A stretch of DNA of 42,297 bases, taken from an uncultured Spirochaetaceae bacterium (lineage in GTDB: Bacteria; Spirochaetota; Spirochaetia; Sphaerochaetales; Sphaerochaetaceae). Positions within the stretch are counted from its first letter, which is position 1. Every line of letters starts with the position of its first letter. The translations under genes were made by a program, and so were the position numbers. Positions 28,030 through 35,685 of the stretch are shown piece after piece. A model generated the notes under the pieces. The model was not told the DNA's origin and made no database searches. It saw only the letters and a program-made list of their open reading frames with translations. The stretch spans positions 1-42,297 of the forward strand of contig CALXXR010000008.1 in assembly GCA_944392735.1 (NCBI GenBank). The letters are read 5' to 3'.

Positions 28030-28102
28030 CAGCCTTATGATAGCAGGAATGCGGCGATCCTCTCAGAAGAGCTTTGTGGACATGTACCTGTCGCCTCCGT
28101 CC
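28007..28102. repeat. copy A of a diverged ~92-bp direct repeat (polymerase start + 33-nt spacer + cysK 3' end)
   Basis: Hand alignment with 30273-30365 gives 55/61 identical, a 3-nt gap, then 23/30 identical. The offset is exactly 2266 nt for both the ATG and the stop codon. Confidence 0.85.
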
Positions 28103-28989
28103 GGGAGGATGACGGCGATGTCCTTGCCGCTGTATCCGTCCCTCTTCGCGACCTCTATCGCAGCCCTGAGCGCGGCTCCTGAGGATATGCCGCATAGGAA
28201 TCCCTCCAGCCTTCCCGTCATGCGGGCGGTAGCGAAGGCATCCTCATCGCTTATGCGTATGATCTCGTCATACACATTCGTGTCGAGCGCTTCTGGGATG
28301 AATCCTGCGCCTATGCCCTGGATGGAGTGCCTGCCAGGCCTGCCGCCGGAGAGCACCGGTGATGAGGCAGGCTCCACTGCGATGACGCGCAGGCCGGGGA
28401 TGTGCTCCTTCAGGAACCTCCCCGTTCCCGTGATCGTGCCTCCGGTGCCGACTGATGCGACCAATGCCGCAAGGTGTCCGTCCGTGTCCCTGAGGATCTC
28501 CGGCCCCGTGGTGCTGTAGTGCGCAGCGGGGTTGGATGGGTTGCTGAACTGGTCGGGTATGAAGCTTCCCGGGATCTCTGCCTGGAGCTCCTTCGCCTTT
28601 GCGATCGATCCCGCCATGCCCTTGCTTCCATCCGTCAGCACAAGCTCCGCTCCGTATGCCTTCATCATCTTCTGCCTTTCGACCGACATCGTGTCCGGCA
28701 TGACTATGATCAGGCGGTAGCCCCTCGCCGCTGCGATCGCGGCAAGTCCGATGCCCGTGTTGCCCGATGTCGGCTCTATGATCGCCGCTCCTTTCCTGAG
28801 AAGGCCGGCCTTCTCGGCATCGTCGATCATGCGCTTCGCGATGCGGTCCTTGGCGGAGCCTGCTGGATTGAATGATTCAAGCTTCGCCAGTATGCGCGCC
28901 TTCGTCCCCTCCGCCTCCTCTATATGGGAGAGCCGGAGCAGGGGAGTGCCTCCAATGAGCTCCTCTATGGACTTGTATATGCCGTTCAT
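28063..28989 (-). CDS. cysK: cysteine synthase A (O-acetylserine sulfhydrylase)
   Basis: ORF track gives 28063..29070. I trimmed the start to ATG 28989 (MNGIYKSIEELIGGTPLLRL), which overlaps the cysE stop (ATGA). The PLP Lys context is NPAGSAKDR, and GTGGTITG is present. Confidence 0.93.
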   Translation of the reverse strand: MNGIYKSIEELIGGTPLLRLSHIEEAEGTKARILAKLESFNPAGSAKDRIAKRMIDDAEKAGLLRKGAAIIEPTSGNTGIGLAAIAAARGYRLIIVMPDTMSVERQKMMKAYGAELVLTDGSKGMAGSIAKAKELQAEIPGSFIPDQFSNPSNPAAHYSTTGPEILRDTDGHLAALVASVGTGGTITGTGRFLKEHIPGLRVIAVEPASSPVLSGGRPGRHSIQGIGAGFIPEALDTNVYDEIIRISDEDAFATARMTGRLEGFLCGISSGAALRAAIEVAKRDGYSGKDIAVILPDGGDRYMSTKLF

Positions 28990-29795
28990 ATGCTCCTCCT
29001 TGGCCTGACCTTGATGTCGGGGCGTGCCGTTATGACCATGGACATGGGTGGGATGCTGTCCTTGATCCATGCGCTGGATGCAATGATGCTGTCATGGCCT
29101 ATGGTGACGTCTCCGAGTATCGTGGCATTGGCGTATATCGTGACATTGTCCTCGATCGTGGGGTGGCGCTTTGCTCCTTCGAGAAGCGATCCACAGCCCT
29201 TCTTGGGAATGGACAGGGCTCCCAGCGTAACGCCTTGGTAGAGCTTCACGTTGTCGCCTATCACCGTCGTCTCTCCGATGACGACCCCGGCGCCGTGGCC
29301 GATGAAGAAGCCCATGCCGAACGTCGCTCCCGGATGTATGTCGATGCCTGTCTCGGAATGCATCGTCTCATTCATCATCCTAGGGATCAGCGGCACATCC
29401 AGCCCATATAGCAGATGCGCGACGCGATGCACCGCAAGCGTGCGGAGGGCGGGGTAGCAGATGATCACCTCATCGATGTTCTTGGCGGCGGGATCTCCGT
29501 CGAATCCTGCCTGTGCATCCATCCAGAGCAGGTCGGAGATCGATCCAAGGCTGTCCATGACGGCTTCGACCGCCGTCTCGGATTCCCTCATGCAGCAGTC
29601 GATGCTCTTCTCTGGATACTGATAGCTCATCGCCTCCGTCACCATGACGGCAAGCGCGGTGCGGAATGGCTTTTCAGCTACACCATGCTGCTTGGGAAAA
29701 AAGAGGCGCAGCAGCATCCTCTCCAGCTTCTTCATATCATCGCTGTCAGGCGGCAGCCTCAGAAGGCGCGCGTCGGATTCTCTTATCTCGGACAT
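28986..29795 (-). CDS. cysE: serine O-acetyltransferase
   Basis: Left-handed beta-helix hexapeptide repeats GIDIHPGATFGMGFFIGHGAGVVIGETTVIGDNVKLYQGVTLG and TIEDNVTIYANATILGDVTIG. Confidence 0.9.
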   Translation of the reverse strand: MSEIRESDARLLRLPPDSDDMKKLERMLLRLFFPKQHGVAEKPFRTALAVMVTEAMSYQYPEKSIDCCMRESETAVEAVMDSLGSISDLLWMDAQAGFDGDPAAKNIDEVIICYPALRTLAVHRVAHLLYGLDVPLIPRMMNETMHSETGIDIHPGATFGMGFFIGHGAGVVIGETTVIGDNVKLYQGVTLGALSIPKKGCGSLLEGAKRHPTIEDNVTIYANATILGDVTIGHDSIIASSAWIKDSIPPMSMVITARPDIKVRPRRSI

Positions 29796-29801
29796 GCATG
29801 G

Positions 29802-29831
29802 ATTCTAGCGCAGAAGGCCATGTGCTTGCAA
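29802..29831 (-). promoter_or_regulatory. candidate sigma70-type promoter immediately upstream of cysE (possibly giving a leaderless mRNA)
   Basis: On the minus strand: TTGCAA (29831-29826), an 18-nt spacer, TAGAAT (29807-29802), then only 6 nt before ATG 29795. No Shine-Dalgarno sequence is visible. Confidence 0.35.
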
Positions 29832-29968
29832 ATTCCTGCAGCGTAGCCACGCGAATCCATATGAGTGGAGATCGCTTCAGACTTTTCATCATGAGTCCTA
29901 GGCTGGAGTCCTTGCACGGAGCCGTTCTGAAATCCTACTCCAATCCAATGCGGTAGATGGAATCGATG

Positions 29969-30157
29969 TCAATCAATCGTATGGTATCGCCGCCTGCTGC
30001 GATCATGCTTTCGGAAAAAACTCTTATCCTTTGCGAATTCCTCTATCAATCGAGTTTTTCCTATGCGTCTTCGGCCATAGATTATCGCGAATTCGAGATT
30101 TCTGGATTGATATCTGCTCTCAAGCTCATTGATTTCATTTTCCCTCGCTATGAACAT
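29969..30157 (-). pseudogene. 5' fragment of an AAA-type ATPase gene (Arch_ATPase/DUF234-partner type), truncated after ~46 codons
   Basis: MFIARENEINELESRYQSRNLEFAIIYGRRRIGKTRLIEEFAKDKS includes the Walker A GRRRIGKT and is followed by a junk tail and a stop. Its own GGAG RBS sits upstream of ATG 30157. Full-length members are several hundred aa. Confidence 0.6.
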
Positions 30158-30272
30158 CCCTTTCTCCTTCTTTAGAATATGGCCTTGCTCCAAATGTGCA
30201 ATATCGTAAGCTAGCAGTTTGTCTGCTAGTAGTCTGTATGCTTGTGGTCTTGGATTGATCTTCATTCGGGGA

Positions 30273-30365
30273 ATTGCGATGTATGTTCTCTCCATCAGTC
30301 TTATGATAGCAGGAATACGGCGCTTGTCTCAGAGCTCCGTGGGCATGAATCTGTCTCCTCCATCC
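30273..30365. repeat. copy B of the diverged ~92-bp direct repeat (relic polymerase start MERTYIAI + spacer + relic cysK-like tail DGGDRFMPTEL*)
   Basis: See copy A. Both relic reading frames break down at the repeat edges. Confidence 0.85.
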
Positions 30366-30376
30366 TTGTCCCTGAA

Positions 30377-30550
30377 TGCGACTATGAGAATGAAGATATA
30401 TATCATGGCATATGCTTCCCGTGCGGGAATGTCGTCATCGATGGCAGATTGTTCGTCTATTATGGCGGTGCAGATCAGTATGTTGGGGTAGCTACCTGCG
30501 ATTTCCACGATATTCTGAATGAGTATATTGCGAATCCGGTGAGACATTAG
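30377..30550 (+). pseudogene. 3' fragment of a GH130-family glycoside phosphorylase/hydrolase gene
   Basis: ...YENEDIYHGICFPCGNVVIDGRLFVYYGGADQYVGVATCDFHDILNEYI* matches the conserved GH130 C-terminus (FPcG...dG.l.iYYGaaD...lAt). Nothing GH130-like lies upstream of ~30377. Confidence 0.6.
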
Positions 30551-30640
30551 GTGCATTGAGCTCTAAGCATGATCCGAATGTAGGATGCCATCGCAGCCGG
30601 ATTGGGTTGCGGTGGCTCCGATTCCCCTTGCACAGCCTAT

Positions 30641-31036
30641 CTATGGGAGCGGTTGGATAGCTCCTTCCCTTCTCCTCAATTCGTTCATAAGCTTTCTGTC
30701 GAAGGATATGATCTCCGTGTCTGCGGTCAATCCTTCTGCGATCAGAAGGCAGTCGACATAATCCAGCCTTGATTCGCAATATATCATCAGAGCCTGCCTG
30801 ATGGTTTCCTTCTTCTCGACGGAAACATCATCCAGAAGCGCGATGGTGGCCTTCGCTGCTGCGTCCCGTGGTATGGAATACAAGGTCCTGCTGCAGAGCA
30901 CATAAAGGACCTCAGGAATCGTTTCGGGAAGCATTTCGATTCCACTGCTGATTATGTCTGCTGCCTTTGCAGACGATTCTTCATCATCTCCTGTCAGGTA
31001 GCGCACGATTATATTCGTATCAGCGATTCTTCTCAT
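30641..31036 (-). CDS. vapC: PIN-domain toxin VapC
   Basis: ORF track gives 30641..31084. I trimmed the start to ATG 31036 (MRRIADTNIIVRYL). The acidic PIN residues lie in the contexts DTN, PETIPEV, DYVDCLL and SFD. Confidence 0.83.
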   Translation of the reverse strand: MRRIADTNIIVRYLTGDDEESSAKAADIISSGIEMLPETIPEVLYVLCSRTLYSIPRDAAAKATIALLDDVSVEKKETIRQALMIYCESRLDYVDCLLIAEGLTADTEIISFDRKLMNELRRREGAIQPLP

Positions 31037-31289
31037 TCCATTTCTCCACGGCTGCCTGCTGCCAGGCGCTCTCCATCTCCTCATCGCTGATATGCCTCTT
31101 CACGTATCCCTTCAGCATTCCCGCGGCTTTCAATCCATTGGGCTGTCTTGTCCTTCTCTGCACCAGTATCCCGCTTTCAGTCGCCTTCACCTCCACTTCG
31201 TCCCCCGTTGAGTATCCGATGGACTTGAGCACTTCGCTTGGGATGCGTACTCCCTGGGAATTTCCCCATTTGGATATTGTTGTAATCAC
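31020..31289 (-). CDS. vapB: AbrB/MazE-fold antitoxin (VapB-type partner)
   Basis: ORF track gives 31020..31460. I trimmed the start to GTG 31289 (VITTISKWGNSQGVRIPSEVL), with AGGAG 5 nt upstream. It overlaps vapC by 17 nt. Confidence 0.78.
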   Translation of the reverse strand: MITTISKWGNSQGVRIPSEVLKSIGYSTGDEVEVKATESGILVQRRTRQPNGLKAAGMLKGYVKRHISDEEMESAWQQAAVEKWNEKNR

Positions 31290-31403
31290 CAAGATCTCCT
31301 TTGTGTATAAACATAGTATATCCATATATTTGGAAAAGCAAGGATATGCAGCCTCATGATAATTTCCTTTGTAAGCCCCTTTTGGGCGCTGTATCATTGA
31401 AGC

Positions 31404-32771
31404 ATGAGCAGCATACTGATCAAGAACGGACTTGTCGTCGATACGGAGTGGATGAGGCACTGCGACATTCTCATAGAGGGATCGAAGATCCGCCGCGTCG
31501 CTCCATCCATAGATTTCTCATCCCTGCCGCAGGATACCGCGCTCATCCATGCCGATGGGCTCTGCGTGCTTCCAGGCATCATCGATGCGCATACTCATTA
31601 CCATCTCGTCTCCAGGGGCACCGTGACCGCTGATTCATTCGAGGAGGGCTCCAGGCTGGCTGCCTACGGAGGCGTCACGACCGTCGTCGACTTCGCCGAT
31701 GACAACAGGACATCGCTTCTCGATTCGCTCCATTCCAGACGCCGTGAGATGGTTCCGATGGCGATCGACTATGCGCTGCATCAGGGGGTCTACAAGTACC
31801 GCAGCGATATCCGCAGGGAGCTGGAGTCGATCAAGAGGGCAGGCATCGGCACGCTGAAGATCTTCACGACGTACAGGGATGTCGGATATCTCGTCGATGA
31901 CCGCGATGAGCTCAAGGAGATCTTCCGCGATGCCAGGGATCTTGGGCTGATGGTCTCCGTCCATGCCGAGGATGATGCGATCGTCACCGAGATCGGTTCG
32001 ACATGGAAGGGCTCCTACAGGCCGATCGACCATGCCGCATTGAGGCCGGCCGAGGCCGAGGCTGCCGCCATAAGCTACGTGGGAGGCATAGCCGGCGAGC
32101 TCGGCATGCCCGTATACATCGTGCATCTCTCATCGCGCAAAGGGCTTGAGAGCGTGAGGAAGCTGAGGATGGATGGCGTGAAGGTCATCGTCGAGACGAC
32201 TCCGCATTATCTCTTCCTGGACAAGGAGAAGCTGGAGGGGCCAGATGGTCCGCTTTATGTCATGACTCCTCCGCTGAGGACGAAGGACGACAACGAGGCG
32301 CTCCAGGAGGCGTTGGTCAATGGAGAGATCCAGGTCGTTGCCACGGATCACTGCACATTCACGCGCGAGCAGAAGCTCTCAAGCGATGATTGCCGCACGA
32401 TCTACCCAGGCATCCCCGGCACCGAGGAGCTCCTGCCTCTCCTGCACACATTCGGCGTCGCAGGAGGCCGCCTGACGCTCTCGCAGATCGTCAACCTCGT
32501 TTCGACGGGGCCTGCGAAGATATTCGGACTCTATCCCGAGAAGGGATCCTTGGAGGAGGGCACCGATGCGGATATCACGCTGTTCGATCCTGATTGCAGC
32601 TGGACGCTGTCGAAGGACACCATCCATTCCGCTGCAGGCTATACGGCATATGAGGGGTTCAGCGTCACCGGAAAGGTCGTCATGACATACCTTCGCGGCC
32701 GCCTGATCATGGGGGACGGGATCTACCTGGGCCTCAAGGGCGATGGCAAGTTCCTGAGGGCAAGGAGATGA
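31404..32771 (+). CDS. dihydropyrimidinase/D-hydantoinase-family cyclic amidohydrolase
   Basis: LPGIIDAHTHYHL (HxH), GGVTTVVDFAD, a carboxylated-Lys context GTLKIFTTY, VHAED and ATDHC are present. Confidence 0.83.
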   Translation: MSSILIKNGLVVDTEWMRHCDILIEGSKIRRVAPSIDFSSLPQDTALIHADGLCVLPGIIDAHTHYHLVSRGTVTADSFEEGSRLAAYGGVTTVVDFADDNRTSLLDSLHSRRREMVPMAIDYALHQGVYKYRSDIRRELESIKRAGIGTLKIFTTYRDVGYLVDDRDELKEIFRDARDLGLMVSVHAEDDAIVTEIGSTWKGSYRPIDHAALRPAEAEAAAISYVGGIAGELGMPVYIVHLSSRKGLESVRKLRMDGVKVIVETTPHYLFLDKEKLEGPDGPLYVMTPPLRTKDDNEALQEALVNGEIQVVATDHCTFTREQKLSSDDCRTIYPGIPGTEELLPLLHTFGVAGGRLTLSQIVNLVSTGPAKIFGLYPEKGSLEEGTDADITLFDPDCSWTLSKDTIHSAAGYTAYEGFSVTGKVVMTYLRGRLIMGDGIYLGLKGDGKFLRARR

Positions 32772-33922
32772 TCAAGGCGCTTCTCTTCGATATGGATGGG
32801 GTCCTCGTGGATTCCGAAGGCATCTCGATCGATGTTGGGATCGACTACTACTCATCGATAGGCGTCCATGCGACCCGCGATGCATTCAGGGATGCCCTGG
32901 GCTGCGGCGAGCGGCTCTTCTTCGATCGCTCGGCCTCCATACTGGGGCTCTATGGCCCTCCGTATTCATATGAATCGGCTTCCGATTTCTTCCGCAGCCG
33001 CTATATTGCCGCAATCGCTTCCAGGAATATTGCGCTTCCAGGCATCGATATCGTGGAAAGGGCGAGGAAGGCGGGGATCATGACCGCCGTCGCCTCATCC
33101 GCTGCACCATGGAAGGTAGAGGCGAATCTTGCCTCAGCAGGCCTGAAGAGATCGGATTTCGACTATATCGTCACCGGAGAGGACATCAAGCGCAACAAGC
33201 CTGAGAAGGACATCTATGAGCTTGCGATGATCAAGCTGGGCGTGGACTGCGGCGAATCGGTCGTCTTCGAGGACTCGAAGGGCGGCATCGAGAGCGGCCG
33301 CAGGGCGGGCTGCCGCGTCGTCTCCATGATGACGACGATCGATGGAGCGACGGCAGAGGCGGCAGGGGCCAGTGCCGTGATATCCGATCTTTCGGCCATA
33401 CCGCCGTTCAGCACGGCCGATGAGCTGGAGGCGATCCTCTTCGATGGCGATAGCTCCACCGACCGTGTGCGCTACGGTGCCTCGATGATAAGGCCGCTTT
33501 CGCGGCGGATGCCGCAGGAGTTCATGGAGAGGAGGGCGATAGAGGCGGCCAGGAAGGCCTGGGAGAACGCATATGCACCATACTCTGGCTTCCATGTAGG
33601 GGCAGCGGTGGTATCCGCAGCGACTGGGAGGATATACTCCGGCTGCAACGTAGAGAACTCGTCGTATGGCGCTACGATCTGCGCCGAGCGCAATGCGATG
33701 ACGAGCGCGATCACGGCTGAGGGGTCGCTTGGAATCGACATGCTCGTTGTCTACTCCGAGGATGAACCGCCCGCTCCTCCATGTGCGATGTGCCTGCAGA
33801 TGATGGCGGAATTCGCCAGGCCCGAGACGCTCGTGCTCCTTGTCTCGACGAAGGCCAAGGAGATCAGGCTATCGTTCTCGCAGCTGTTGCCGATGCCCTT
33901 CGTTTTCCCTACAATGCGGTAG
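32768..33922 (+). CDS. fusion protein: HAD-superfamily phosphatase (beta-PGM-like) + cytidine deaminase
   Basis: The N-terminal half has FDMDGVLVDSEG (DxDG) and VFEDSKGGIESG. The C-terminal half has YAPYSGFHVGAAV, CAERNA and PCAMCLQMMAEF, the zinc-binding CDA motifs. An ATGA overlap links it to the upstream gene. Confidence 0.85.
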   Translation: MIKALLFDMDGVLVDSEGISIDVGIDYYSSIGVHATRDAFRDALGCGERLFFDRSASILGLYGPPYSYESASDFFRSRYIAAIASRNIALPGIDIVERARKAGIMTAVASSAAPWKVEANLASAGLKRSDFDYIVTGEDIKRNKPEKDIYELAMIKLGVDCGESVVFEDSKGGIESGRRAGCRVVSMMTTIDGATAEAAGASAVISDLSAIPPFSTADELEAILFDGDSSTDRVRYGASMIRPLSRRMPQEFMERRAIEAARKAWENAYAPYSGFHVGAAVVSAATGRIYSGCNVENSSYGATICAERNAMTSAITAEGSLGIDMLVVYSEDEPPAPPCAMCLQMMAEFARPETLVLLVSTKAKEIRLSFSQLLPMPFVFPTMR

Positions 33923-33923
33923 G

Positions 33924-35180
33924 ATGCGACGCTTTGGAATCATCATCAGCCTCATCGCCATGCTCGTCTCATGCACGAGCACGGAGGCATTCGTGTCGCC
34001 GGAGGCGCTCTCCCCTGATATCCCCATAGCCCAGAAGCTCGCTGCAGTCGGTGCCGTTGAGCTGTCTGTGCCGATGCCTGAGGTCTTCTTCGACGGAGAG
34101 CGCTGGATGGAGCGGATGGTGGAGCTCTTCTCCGAGGCCGATGACTACATCCTCCTGACCACGTTCCTTGGCTCCTATTCGCCGGAGCTGGCGCCTCTCT
34201 ATGATGCGCTCATGGCCGCTTCGGAGCGCGGCGTCGAGGTGCGCTTCGTCATGGATGGGCTCTCATCATTCGACATGACCGAGTCCAAGAGCCGCATGAC
34301 GCCGCTCTACTTCCTCCGCGAAAGCGGGATCCATCTCGTGGAGTACAATCCCGTGACCGTCACGCACCTCATGAATCCCGCCACGCTCATCAAGCGGGAT
34401 CACCGCAAGATGCTGATCGTCGATGGGGAATGGGCCGCAGTCGGAGGCATGAACATGAACTACGTCTCGATAGGAGCCGATGAGAGCCTTATGCAGAGGG
34501 ACAGCATGTATCTGTTCCGCTCGCCATCGCTTTCCGAAGCGCTCCGCGATGAGTTCGTAGATATCTGGAACGAGGCAAGCGTCGAGAGGGTTTCGGCGGA
34601 GGACTTCCCCATAGCCGAATGCACGGAAGGCGGCTTCGATGCCTGGCTTGTAGGCACCTCCGGCATCGCAGGCATGTATGCCTCGCTCATCGGAAGCGCA
34701 GAGGAGAGCATCGTATTGCTTCCGTACCTTCCTGCGCTGGATGGGAGGATGAAGGGCGCCCTTGCCGCGGCGGTGGATAAGGGGGCAGAGCTGAAGATCA
34801 CGATGCCGATCGATGTGCGCGGATATGCCGCAAGCGGCATCCTGTATGACCTTCCCGATCTCATGGAATCCACCGGAGCCGATGTATACTGCTCCGTATA
34901 CGACGATGATGGCGATGTGCTTCCGCTCCTTCATGAGAAGCTCATGGTCGTCGACTCCCGCTACTCGGTCATCGGATCGGCGAACTTCAACTTCCGTTCG
35001 ATGACGCTCTCGGAGGAGCTGGCGCTTGTCATCGACAGCCCGGAGCTCGCTTCGATCCTTGAGGCGCATGTGGCTGGGATAGACGAAGGTTCTGTGCTCG
35101 TCACGCTCTCCGATGCAGAGCGCATGAAGCGCGAGGATGGAAGCTTCCTCGCGTACCTCTTCACGTATTTCGGAGGCTGA
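33924..35180 (+). CDS. phospholipase D-superfamily lipoprotein with two HKD motifs
   Basis: ORF track gives 33840..35180. I trimmed the start to ATG 33924 (MRRFGIIISLIAMLVSC lipobox). The HKD motifs are HRKMLIVDGEWAAVGGMN and HEKLMVVDSRYSVIGSAN. Confidence 0.85.
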   Translation: MRRFGIIISLIAMLVSCTSTEAFVSPEALSPDIPIAQKLAAVGAVELSVPMPEVFFDGERWMERMVELFSEADDYILLTTFLGSYSPELAPLYDALMAASERGVEVRFVMDGLSSFDMTESKSRMTPLYFLRESGIHLVEYNPVTVTHLMNPATLIKRDHRKMLIVDGEWAAVGGMNMNYVSIGADESLMQRDSMYLFRSPSLSEALRDEFVDIWNEASVERVSAEDFPIAECTEGGFDAWLVGTSGIAGMYASLIGSAEESIVLLPYLPALDGRMKGALAAAVDKGAELKITMPIDVRGYAASGILYDLPDLMESTGADVYCSVYDDDGDVLPLLHEKLMVVDSRYSVIGSANFNFRSMTLSEELALVIDSPELASILEAHVAGIDEGSVLVTLSDAERMKREDGSFLAYLFTYFGG

Positions 35181-35181
35181 G

Positions 35182-35676
35182 ATGAAGAAGCTTGCAGTGC
35201 TTTCGATCGTCATCCTTTCCCTCTGCCAGCTCCATTCATCGCCAACGTTCGGCTATTCGCTCTCTCCGCTGGGGGCTTCTACTCCGAGCGGAAGCTATGG
35301 AGGGCTCTCCGCGTCCCTGATCCTATCGCCTGACAAGGAGCTTCATATCGGGGATATCAGGGTGCAGGTCGATCTCTCCCCGACGAAGCCTTTCTTCGAG
35401 GGCGTATCGGCATGGGCGTCGTCCCCTGTCTTCTCGCTTCTCGACCATCCGTTCGGGTGGGCATTCAGCAATCCGGTGCTGTGGACTCCGACGCTCAGCG
35501 CGGGGATCCAGTATAGGCTTGGAGGTGAGTGGAGCATCGTCGGTGGCTTTGCCCCGCTTGCGTTCCAGGATACGCATTTCGTCTATGAGCTGCTTTCGCC
35601 GTACATCCTCTGGTCCATCTCCGATGGCTCTCTGGGATGGGGGCTGTACGTGATGCGGTTCTCGTACTTCTTCTGA
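35182..35676 (+). CDS. small exported protein ending in ...RFSYFF (possible outer-membrane beta-barrel or lipoprotein)
   Basis: ORF track gives 35137..35676. I trimmed the start to ATG 35182 (MKKLAVLSIVILSLC...), 1 nt after the PLD gene stop. It has alternating hydrophobic patterns and a C-terminal Phe. Confidence 0.55.
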   Translation: MKKLAVLSIVILSLCQLHSSPTFGYSLSPLGASTPSGSYGGLSASLILSPDKELHIGDIRVQVDLSPTKPFFEGVSAWASSPVFSLLDHPFGWAFSNPVLWTPTLSAGIQYRLGGEWSIVGGFAPLAFQDTHFVYELLSPYILWSISDGSLGWGLYVMRFSYFF

Positions 35677-35685
35677 GGAGCTGAT

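Noticed and set aside
29969-30295. 108-aa ORF starting MERTYIAI as a real gene
   Set aside because: It is a chimera. Eight relic polymerase codons are read through the upstream region and RBS of an ATPase gene fragment into a truncated Walker-A segment.
28007-30365. The two ~92-bp repeats as attL/attR of an integrated element carrying cysK-cysE
   Set aside because: The copies are only about 85 percent identical with an indel. They consist of gene ends rather than a tRNA or core site. No integrase is present, and the DNA between them is GC-rich core-like cysK-cysE. Duplication or recombination with decay fits better.
30329-30556. 75-aa minus-strand ORF, and the N-terminal part of the plus-strand ORF 30242..30550
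   Set aside because: The minus ORF is antisense to the GH130 fragment apart from its relic cysK-like tail. The first ~45 codons of the plus ORF are antisense to the junction repeat. Neither looks like an independent gene.
31290-31460. 57-codon N-terminal extension of the antitoxin ORF (31020..31460)
   Set aside because: The extension would read through its own AGGAG RBS and overlap the start of the divergent amidohydrolase gene. AbrB/MazE-type antitoxins begin a few residues before the KWGNS motif.
34266-35213. 315-aa minus-strand ORF antisense to the PLD-family gene
   Set aside because: It is a shadow ORF. The plus strand carries both HKD motifs.
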